Assembly (NCBI GenBank): GCA_016235145.1
Contig: JACRLV010000056.1
Location: forward strand, 1-51,246
Reading direction: 5' to 3'
From: Planctomycetota bacterium
GTDB lineage: Bacteria; Planctomycetota; Phycisphaerae; UBA1845; Fen-1342
DNA length: 51,246 nt
The translations under genes and the position numbers were made by a program. Below, piece by piece: positions 38,023 to 45,387 of the stretch (position 1 is the first letter of the stretch; each line of letters begins with the position of its first letter). A model generated the notes under the pieces. The model saw nothing but the letters and a program-made list of their open reading frames with translations. It was not told where the DNA came from and made no database searches.

Positions 38023-39492
38023 TTATGGCGGCAGCGTCTGCAAGGAGCTGTTCAGGAGAACGCTGATGCTGCCGGACGACGTGTTCGAGACCACCACGTC
38101 GTTCTGCCCGTCATCGTCAAAATCGGCGATTCGAACGAAAGTTGGGCCTCCCTTCCAGGGGGGATCCTCACATACCGGCTCGGTCGCGAAGTAGTGAATC
38201 GTCGGCCAGAATGTGCCGTCGGACTTGCTCAGCAGCACGGCGATTCCGCCCTGCTGGTCGCTCCCGCATCCGCCGGAAGGGATTCCCTTCTGGCACGTCA
38301 CCACCACGTCGTTGAGGGTGTCCGGATTGAGCCTTCCAATGTCCATTTGGAACGGTTCTTCGTACTCAGTGAGTGCATCGCCAGGCGTCCGAAGGTTGAA
38401 GGCCCCCGTACCATTTCCCTGGTCGCGGAACACAACGTTATCACTATCGAGCATCACGGACGTTTGGCATGCCAGTACGGCGTCGTTGTAAGGTCTTGTT
38501 CCTAATTTCCCGAAGACCACGCTGTTCGAGTTTCGACCAGGCTGAAAGGACGGCGTCCAGATCGGCAGGCCGTTGGAATCCGGACCATCGTTAAGAAATA
38601 CCAAAAGATGGTCTTCGTTCTGGAATTCTGAAGTCAACTCAAGCGAAACCAAAAGGTCCAGCCGTCCGCCGACCTGCGGCAGCCGCACCGGCGCCGCGAC
38701 CGCGTCCGTCGCTTGGCCCTCGATCGGCAACCCGCCGATATACTCAAAATCGTAGTGCTGGACGCTGTATCCGCCGCTGGTTGCACCCATGACCACGTCA
38801 ACCTGCGGGTGGGAACCCGTGATTTCGTGCGCGGGATCGGTCCAGTGTCCGCCAACGATGAAATCCGGCGTTCCGTTTGCGTCTACGTCCGCGGTGGTGA
38901 GGCCGTTGACGTTCAATACGGACAGCGTAATCCGCGTTTGCGGATAGGAGTCGTAGTGGCCGGTTCCGTCGTTCCAGAGAATGAGGAGATATTCTTCTTG
39001 TCCCACTTCCTCTCCGAGAGTTCGGATCGTCACCACGATGTCCAGAAAGGGCTCCATCGGCTGGCCCGGCTCGCGCTGGAGGTTTACCAGTTCGACGTCG
39101 TACGGTTTTGCCAGCGGGTCGAGAATCGGATAAACTTGGTCGAGCACAAGACCCGGATCGGTCGCCGACCAGTCACCGCTGTTGCGAAATACGCTGATTG
39201 TCTTGGTCTCGGAGTTGGCCACCACCACGTCGATGTTGCCGTCGGGATCCACGCCGTCACCGATGATGTCGCCCACCGCCAGCCCTAGCGGACCGCTGTA
39301 CACGCAATGCGCCCCTCCCGGTTGCCCATCCTGTTGAGCACAGTATACTCGTGGCGGCTTAAAATGAAGCGGTTTTTCGGCAGCGAATGCCGGCGAGACG
39401 ACCAGAACACCTCCCAGAGCGACCGTCAGGCCGAGCGATCGTGGAAACAGGGCGATTGAGTTCCGTCGAAACATTTTGCGCCTCCTTGGCAA
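38023..39492 (-). CDS. secreted FG-GAP/VCBS repeat (integrin-alpha-like propeller) protein
   Basis: Signal peptide present. Repeated motifs GD..GDG..D....ANS....ISVF.N.G, DVDANGTPDFIVGG and ADFDDDGQNDVVVSNTSSGSISVLLN. Confidence 0.88.
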   Translation of the reverse strand: MPRRRKMFRRNSIALFPRSLGLTVALGGVLVVSPAFAAEKPLHFKPPRVYCAQQDGQPGGAHCVYSGPLGLAVGDIIGDGVDPDGNIDVVVANSETKTISVFRNSGDWSATDPGLVLDQVYPILDPLAKPYDVELVNLQREPGQPMEPFLDIVVTIRTLGEEVGQEEYLLILWNDGTGHYDSYPQTRITLSVLNVNGLTTADVDANGTPDFIVGGHWTDPAHEITGSHPQVDVVMGATSGGYSVQHYDFEYIGGLPIEGQATDAVAAPVRLPQVGGRLDLLVSLELTSEFQNEDHLLVFLNDGPDSNGLPIWTPSFQPGRNSNSVVFGKLGTRPYNDAVLACQTSVMLDSDNVVFRDQGNGTGAFNLRTPGDALTEYEEPFQMDIGRLNPDTLNDVVVTCQKGIPSGGCGSDQQGGIAVLLSKSDGTFWPTIHYFATEPVCEDPPWKGGPTFVRIADFDDDGQNDVVVSNTSSGSISVLLNSSLQTLPP

Positions 39493-39583
39493 GACGGGAA
39501 ATGCCGCCGGACGATCCGGCGGATGGTCTGCGAACGGGTGGCCGCGCCCCGCGGCGACGCGACGGTGTTGCGTTAGAGCTTGC

Positions 39584-39629
<46 letters not shown>

Positions 39630-39898
39630 GCGATCATGGAATCACTATGGATGGCCCCAGGCGGGAAGTCAAGGGGAATTACAGGACAACTGCCGCTCGG
39701 CTATGCAGTGGCTCATCACGGTCCGCGCCTCGACAAGAAGTGCCTGGTTTCGAAAACTGGCACGGCGCTCGTCCGAAACCTCAGCGCCGGCAAACTGCGC
39801 CTCCACCGGCAGCACCACGCGAGCGGCGCATTTCACCATACCAAACAAACCCCGAATTCTTGCTTCAAACCCCGCACGCCGCGCGGTATCGTCTTTGC

Positions 39899-42283
39899 AT
39901 GGCTTCCGGCCTTCGCATTCTGCACCTGGCCGATTCGCACATCGGCGCGCAACTGCCGGCGCGGCCGCGCGTGCGCGGGGCCGTCTCGCGCGGCGATGAC
40001 ATCGTCGCCAGCTATCGCCGCGTGCTCGGCCGGGCGCGGGAACACGAGGTCGATCTCGTGCTTCACGCCGGCGACGTCTTCGACATGCCCGATCCGTCGC
40101 CGCCGGCCGTCTCCGCCGCGGCCGCGCCGCTGCTGGAATTGGCGGCGGCGGGGTTGCCCGTGGTCATCGTGCCGGGAAATCACGAACGCTGCGTCATTCC
40201 CGGATCGCTGCTCTTTGCACACCCGAATATCCACATCCTCGACCGGCCGCGCACGCTGGTGCTCACGCTGCGCGGGACGCGCGTCGCGATCGCGGGCGTG
40301 CCGTTCATCCGCCGGCGGCCGGCGGAGCGATTCGCGGCGGAGCTTGAGCAGACCGGCTGGCCCGCGGCGGCCGCCGACGTGAACATCCTGCTCACGCACC
40401 AGGCGTTCGAGGCCGCAGTCTGCCCACCGGGCGCGTATCGCTTTCGCAGCGGCGAAGACGTGGTCGAGCGCCGCGACGTGCCCGCTGCGTTTCACTACGT
40501 CGCCGCCGGGCACGTGCATCGGCACCAGGTCCTGCGGCGAAACGGCGCGGCCGAGCGAAAACGGGGGCGGCGCGGCGCTTCTGTCGCACCGCCGAGCAGC
40601 CCGCTGCTGGCGCTCGACGCCGCCGACGGCCCGCCGATCGTTTATTGCGGCTCGGTCGATCGCATCAGCTTTGCGGAGCAGGACGAGGCCAAGGGCTGCG
40701 TGTTGATCGAAGAGGCCGGCGGCCGGCTGACGCACCGGTTTCTGGAGCATGACGTGCGGCCGATGCGGCGGCTGCCGATGGATGTTTCGGGGCTGAGCTG
40801 CGAGCAAATCCGCCGGAAAGCGGCTGAATGGGCGCGGGAGCTGCCTCGGGGCGCGCTGGCCCAAGTGCGGTTGAGCGGGCGGACGACGCCGCGCGCGATC
40901 CGCGGGCTGGCGCTGGCCGCTTTTGTGCGTGAAATGCGGCCGGATCTGCTTTTTGATGCGACGGCGCAGGCGATCGAGTTTGCATCGGAGCGGGACATCG
41001 CGGCGGGCGAGCCCGCGAACGGACACGAGGACAGGCCGCGCGCTACGACTTCGGTCGGGCCGCGTCCGATGACGCCGGCGAGCGCGTTCGCCGAGATCGA
41101 CGTAGCGGCGGGCGAAATCGTGTCGTGTGCGAAAGACGCCGTCGCCGAGTTGCCGACGACTTTCGCGACTTACGCCCTGTACGACGCGAAGGATCGGCTG
41201 CTCTACATCGGCAAGGCGACGAACGTGCGGGCTCGCGTGCGGCAGCATCTGGCGGCGCGGCCATCGGGGGCGTATTTCGAGGGCTGGACGCGCGAGATCG
41301 CGCGGGTCGAGGCGCGGCTGGCGCACAGCGATCTGGAATGCCTGTTGGTCGAGGCGGATCGAATCCGCGCGTTACGGCCGCCGTTCAATCGTCAGATGCG
41401 GCAGTGGGAGCGCTACTGCTATCTGTGCGCGGGGCAGCGGCAACATGGCGAGTTGACGATCTGCCGCGAGCCGGCGACGGACGAGGCGGCGGACGGGCTG
41501 CGATTCTTCGGTCCCTATCGCAGCCGGTTCGAAGCGGCTGCAATCGCCGAGGCGACTGCCGCACTCTTCGGTCTGGCCTATTGCACGCCGCTGCCGACAT
41601 ATCTGATTCGGCCGCGCCGCAACCGCCGCGGGGCGCCGATCGTCGCGCTGCCGCAGGCCGCGAATCTGTGCGATCGCTACTACGCGAAGCAGTGCTGCGG
41701 CCCATGTGCCCATCGCATCGGCGAGGCCGACTATTCCGCCGCCCTCGACCGCCGCGCCGCGCTGCTGGAAGGGCGAGACGATTCCGCTTTCGCCGCCGCG
41801 GAGGCCGAATTGGCGGACCGTTTGGCCAGCAGCAACGAGGAGCTCGACGAGGTCGTCGCGGAACGGGTCCGTTTCTACGAGACGCTGCGGCGAGCGTACG
41901 AGCACGGCCGCTTGCTGGCGGCGGCGTTGGGCTTGCTGGGCTCGACGCTTGAAATGCCGGGCCCTTATGGTGAGGTCACGCTGGCACATCTGCACGACGC
42001 CGGCGTGCGCATCGAACGTCGCCGGGCCGATTCGGCGGCGGCGCCTCGGCGAATCAGCAGTAGCGTCGGACCTCCGAGTCCGACGGGGTCTTCGATCATA
42101 GACTCGTCGTCGGACTCGGAGGTCCGACGCTACGAAATCGACCGCACACGGGCTCGGCGCAGCGGACCCCCCAACCCCAATCGCGACGGGTTGCCCGGCA
42201 CGCGCCCAGCACGCCGATCGATCCCGAAGAGCATGCTCGACTGCCTTTGCGCGGCGACGCGTATCGATCGACGTGACTGCTAA
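39899..42283 (+). CDS. SbcD/Mre11-like metallophosphoesterase fused to Cho/UvrC-N-terminal-half (GIY-YIG + Cys-rich + UVR-like) nuclease
   Basis: N-terminal ILHLADSHIG...LHAGDVFD...VVIVPGNHE...LLTHQ...AAGHVHRHQ are calcineurin-like phosphoesterase motifs of DNA-repair exonucleases. The C-terminal half has YALYDAKDRLLYIGKATNVRARVRQH...LECLLVEADRIRALRPPFNRQ (GIY-YIG), FGPYRSR, CDRYYAKQCCGPCAHRIGEADY, and a helical UVR-like segment. I chose the start at MASGLRILHL. The last 75 or so codons run through a REP-like palindrome. Confidence 0.85.
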   Translation: MASGLRILHLADSHIGAQLPARPRVRGAVSRGDDIVASYRRVLGRAREHEVDLVLHAGDVFDMPDPSPPAVSAAAAPLLELAAAGLPVVIVPGNHERCVIPGSLLFAHPNIHILDRPRTLVLTLRGTRVAIAGVPFIRRRPAERFAAELEQTGWPAAAADVNILLTHQAFEAAVCPPGAYRFRSGEDVVERRDVPAAFHYVAAGHVHRHQVLRRNGAAERKRGRRGASVAPPSSPLLALDAADGPPIVYCGSVDRISFAEQDEAKGCVLIEEAGGRLTHRFLEHDVRPMRRLPMDVSGLSCEQIRRKAAEWARELPRGALAQVRLSGRTTPRAIRGLALAAFVREMRPDLLFDATAQAIEFASERDIAAGEPANGHEDRPRATTSVGPRPMTPASAFAEIDVAAGEIVSCAKDAVAELPTTFATYALYDAKDRLLYIGKATNVRARVRQHLAARPSGAYFEGWTREIARVEARLAHSDLECLLVEADRIRALRPPFNRQMRQWERYCYLCAGQRQHGELTICREPATDEAADGLRFFGPYRSRFEAAAIAEATAALFGLAYCTPLPTYLIRPRRNRRGAPIVALPQAANLCDRYYAKQCCGPCAHRIGEADYSAALDRRAALLEGRDDSAFAAAEAELADRLASSNEELDEVVAERVRFYETLRRAYEHGRLLAAALGLLGSTLEMPGPYGEVTLAHLHDAGVRIERRRADSAAAPRRISSSVGPPSPTGSSIIDSSSDSEVRRYEIDRTRARRSGPPNPNRDGLPGTRPARRSIPKSMLDCLCAATRIDRRDC
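42060..42133. repeat. second copy of the REPIN-like nested palindrome
   Basis: GTAGCGTCGGACCTCCGAGTCCGACG (42060-42085) and its exact reverse complement (42108-42133), with a 22-nt spacer. The arms are identical to those at 1051-1123. Confidence 0.9.
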
Positions 42284-42424
42284 ATCGGACCTTGCCGCTT
42301 CTGAAATTTCATGGAGCGAAGTCCGTTCCTTCACGATGGCGCGCCCGCAGGCGCAGTGCGGCGGCTGTTCTTATCAGGCAGACCCGCGGCCGAAAAGTAA
42401 TGCGATTTATCGCCGGTTTTTGCG

Positions 42425-42453
42425 TTGACTCGTGCGAAAGCGATCACTAGAAA
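42425..42453 (+). promoter_or_regulatory. sigma70-like promoter candidate TTGACT-N17-TAGAAA (paralog 1)
   Basis: TTGACT at 42425-42430 and TAGAAA at 42448-42453, with 17-nt spacing. The same architecture precedes all three paralogs at about the same distance (93-97 nt) from the ATG. Confidence 0.5.
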
Positions 42454-42548
42454 GAGTTGTAGACATCAAAGGGGGGGAGTCCCGCAATCCGATGCGGCGC
42501 TTGTGGAAGGGCCGGCGGAATTCCCAGTCTTAGAACTTGGAGTATGTG

Positions 42549-43241
42549 ATGAACGCAATGAAAATGCGCTTGGTCGCCGTGCTGGCCGGTTCGCTCGCGT
42601 TTGCGGGGACCGCATTCGCGGACTACGAGAACGTCAACGATGTTCTCCGCTTTTATGAAGCCGAAGGGACTGTGGGCGGCGAGTACATCGGCCAGAACCT
42701 CACCCAGCCCGCGCTGGCCCAGTTCCGCACGTTCTGTCTTGAGCGGCACGTCATGTTTGATTTTGATCCGGCGGGATTCAACGTCGCCGGCGTGACCGAT
42801 CGGGCGATGCTCCAGAACGACCCGCTTTCGGCCCAGGTTGCGTACCTGTATACGCAGTTCCGCGCGGGTTCGCTCTCGAGCTACGACTACGGCGCGGGCC
42901 GTGCGATCTCGGCGGACGAACTCCAGGAAGCGATGTGGTATCTCGAAAACGAGATTCCCGCGTCGGATGGACAGGCGGCGGCCTGGATCGCGGAGGCGAA
43001 CGCGGCCGTGGCGGTCGGCGGCTCCTGGTACAACTCCTGGGGCAACGGCGCGGGCGGCTATGACGGCCTGGACTATCTGGGCACCGTCCGGGTGCTGAAT
43101 CTGACCTGGGCGACGACCCGCGGCGGCTTCAACGTCGGCGATGACGCGCAGGACATGCTGACGCTGATTCCCGCGCCCGGCGCTGCGCTGCTCGGCACGA
43201 TCGGCCTGGCGTTCCTGCGAGCGCTGAAGCGCAAGGCGTAA
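42549..43241 (+). CDS. surface protein with thioester-domain-like (TED/TQXA-like) motifs and PEP-CTERM-like anchor, paralog 1
   Basis: Signal peptide MNAMKMRLVAVLAGSLAFAGTAFA. FRTFCLE (Cys63, nt 42735-42737), VAYLYTQF, and ELQEAMWYLE (Gln126, nt 42924-42926). C-terminal IPAPGAALLGTIGLAFLRALKRKA. Confidence 0.85.
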   Translation: MNAMKMRLVAVLAGSLAFAGTAFADYENVNDVLRFYEAEGTVGGEYIGQNLTQPALAQFRTFCLERHVMFDFDPAGFNVAGVTDRAMLQNDPLSAQVAYLYTQFRAGSLSSYDYGAGRAISADELQEAMWYLENEIPASDGQAAAWIAEANAAVAVGGSWYNSWGNGAGGYDGLDYLGTVRVLNLTWATTRGGFNVGDDAQDMLTLIPAPGAALLGTIGLAFLRALKRKA

Positions 43242-43269
43242 GGCGCCGCAATCCGATGGATCGCGCGAA

Positions 43270-43300
43270 GGACCGGATTTTTGTCCGGTTCCTCTTTTTT
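43270..43300 (+). terminator. Rho-independent terminator after paralog 1
   Basis: GGACCGGA-tttttg-TCCGGTTCC (one bulged T) followed by TCTTTTTT, 29 nt after the stop. Confidence 0.7.
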
Positions 43301-43429
43301 GCGCGCTGATGGCGGGAAGATTGAGGCGAGTTTGTAGTCGTTTGTACATCCTCAGGAGCGCTGCGCGACAAAGTATCGGCCTGTTGATTTCCGCCTGAAA
43401 CGCCGCTGGATTCAGGGTGGTACTTTGCG

Positions 43430-43458
43430 TTGACTCCACCGGATGGCATGGCTACAAA
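43430..43458 (+). promoter_or_regulatory. sigma70-like promoter candidate TTGACT-N17-TACAAA (paralog 2)
   Basis: TTGACT at 43430-43435 and TACAAA at 43453-43458, with 17-nt spacing. Confidence 0.45.
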
Positions 43459-43550
43459 CGGTAGGGGACATGGGGGAAGATCCGCGATCCGAAGCGGATC
43501 TCATCAGGAAGCCGGCGGGATTTCTAATCACGCTTGCTTCGGGGTGTGCC

Positions 43551-44279
43551 ATGAACACGATCAGACTGCGCTGGGTCGCGGTGTTGGTTGGCTCGCTTTC
43601 GCTGGCAGGAACCGCCTTGGCGGACAACCAGCCTGTTGGCGACGTGATCAGCTCCTATGACGCCGGTGCAGCCGAAGTCACCCATACCACAACGGACTCG
43701 CGCGCCCGTTTTCGCGCGTTGTTTCTGGAGCGCGGGAATCGAACCGGCCGAAAGCTGACAGGCCTCGCCGCCTTCAAGGCCCTGTTCGGCGGCCGCCACC
43801 GTTGGGCGCGGGCGCACGCCGACCAGCTCGATCAGGTGATTTGGCGCTTCGACGACCAGCTTTGTCTCGTCGACCAGAACGCCACCTGGGCCGCCCGGGT
43901 AAACGCCGCCGCTGTTGTCGGCAGATCGTCGTACGGCGATCGCAGCTCCAACAGGGGTAGTGGGAATGGCGGCAACACGAGCGGCAGCGGCGACTCGGCC
44001 GCCGGCGGCACGGGCGACGCGGGGGCAAACGATGCCGGCGGTGGCGGCAAGGGCAGCGGTGGCACGGGCAGCGGCGGCGGTTCCGGCACAAACAACGATC
44101 GTGGGCTGCATCCTCCGGGAGACGACCGGACAGTGAATCCGGATCCGGGCACGGACGGGAAATGTCCCACGGGAAGTGGAAGTACTCAAGAACAAATCAC
44201 GATCGTCCCAGCGCCGGGCGCCGCATTGCTGGGCGCGCTCGGCCTGGCATTCCTGCGGGCACTGAAGCGCCGGGCGTAG
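43551..44279 (+). CDS. degenerate paralog 2 (Cys and Gln lost, Gly/Ser-rich insert) with PEP-CTERM-like anchor
   Basis: Signal peptide MNTIRLRWVAVLVGSLSLAGTALA. FRALFLE aligns with FRTFCLE, so Cys is replaced by Phe. QLDQVIWRF aligns with ELQEAIWRL, so Gln is replaced by Asp. It has a low-complexity GSGNGGNTSGSGDSAAGGTGDAG... insert. C-terminal VPAPGAALLGALGLAFLRALKRRA. Confidence 0.8.
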   Translation: MNTIRLRWVAVLVGSLSLAGTALADNQPVGDVISSYDAGAAEVTHTTTDSRARFRALFLERGNRTGRKLTGLAAFKALFGGRHRWARAHADQLDQVIWRFDDQLCLVDQNATWAARVNAAAVVGRSSYGDRSSNRGSGNGGNTSGSGDSAAGGTGDAGANDAGGGGKGSGGTGSGGGSGTNNDRGLHPPGDDRTVNPDPGTDGKCPTGSGSTQEQITIVPAPGAALLGALGLAFLRALKRRA

Positions 44280-44318
44280 GACGCGACGCTGCCGCCGGCC
44301 ATTCAGGATTCACACTTG

Positions 44319-44346
44319 GAGGGATCGGCTTCCGGGCCGATCCCTC
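44319..44346 (+). terminator. hairpin/terminator candidate after paralog 2
   Basis: GAGGGATCGGC-ttccgg-GCCGATCCCTC, a perfect 11-bp stem, followed by only a weak T tract (TGCTTAT). Confidence 0.45.
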
Positions 44347-44515
44347 TGCTTATCGGTGCAGAGCGCGGCGACAACTTTCGCCGACAGACTCGGAACGCCT
44401 CGATTCGCGCAGCGCCTTGCCCGGTAATTGGTGCAACCAATGCACAGAAAAGCATACTTCGCGGAAATCGGCATTGGGCAGCAACAACTGTATTGTTTTG
44501 CCGCGCTTTTGTATG

Positions 44516-44544
44516 TTGACTCGCTCGGCGGCGCTCGCTAGAAA
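44516..44544 (+). promoter_or_regulatory. sigma70-like promoter candidate TTGACT-N17-TAGAAA (paralog 3)
   Basis: TTGACT at 44516-44521 and TAGAAA at 44539-44544, with 17-nt spacing. Confidence 0.5.
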
Positions 44545-44640
44545 CTACAGAGGATCACCTGGGGGATGTGCCGCGTTGCGACGTGCGGTCTGCGCATCGT
44601 CGGCGGGAATTCCCAATAATGCATGTTGGGGGGACATGAT

Positions 44641-45333
44641 ATGAACGCGATGAAAATACGTAACCTTGCCGTGTTGGCCGGCTCACTCGTGCTCGTTGGC
44701 GCCGCCTTTGCGGATAACGAGCAGGTCGGCGACCGGATTCGCTTCTACGACGCCGCGGGAACACTGGCCGGCGAATTCGGGATCGATAACCTCACGCAGA
44801 CCTCGCTGGCGGACTTTCGGACCTTCTGTGTCGAACGCCGCAGCTACATGGACTTCGATTCACGCGGCTTCAACGTCGTCGGCGTGACTGATCGGGCCAT
44901 GCCCCAGAATGACCAGATATCGGCCCAGACCGCGTATCTCTACAGCCAGTTCCGCGCCGGCACGCTTTCGAACTACAGCTACGGCGGGTCGCGGACCGCC
45001 TCGGCCGACGAACTTCAGGAAGCGATCTGGCGCTTGGAAGGTGAACTCAGCGGCGCCAACGGACAGGCCGCCGCCTGGATCGCAGAGGCGAACGCCGCAG
45101 TCGCCACGGGCGGATCCTGGTACGACCAGTGGGGCAACGGCGCCGGCGGCTACGACGGCCTCAACTTCCTCGGCAACGTTCGCGTCCTGAACCTGACCTG
45201 GGGCAGTTCACGCAACGGCCATTACGCCGGCGAAAACGCGCAGGATCAACTGACGCTGATCCCCGCGCCGGGCGCCGCCTTGCTCGGCGCGATCGGCCTG
45301 GCGCTGCTGCGCTCCTTGAAGAGACGTGCGTAG
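44641..45333 (+). CDS. surface protein with thioester-domain-like motifs and PEP-CTERM-like anchor, paralog 3
   Basis: MNAMKIRNLAVLAGSLVLVGAAFA signal. FRTFCVE (Cys63, nt 44827-44829), TAYLYSQF, and ELQEAIWRLE (Gln126, nt 45016-45018). C-terminal IPAPGAALLGAIGLALLRSLKRRA. Collinear with paralog 1. Confidence 0.85.
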   Translation: MNAMKIRNLAVLAGSLVLVGAAFADNEQVGDRIRFYDAAGTLAGEFGIDNLTQTSLADFRTFCVERRSYMDFDSRGFNVVGVTDRAMPQNDQISAQTAYLYSQFRAGTLSNYSYGGSRTASADELQEAIWRLEGELSGANGQAAAWIAEANAAVATGGSWYDQWGNGAGGYDGLNFLGNVRVLNLTWGSSRNGHYAGENAQDQLTLIPAPGAALLGAIGLALLRSLKRRA

Positions 45334-45387
45334 TCCGCGGTGTGCGCGCCGCGGCCGCCGCGCAAACACGCATATCAGGCTGGCCAA

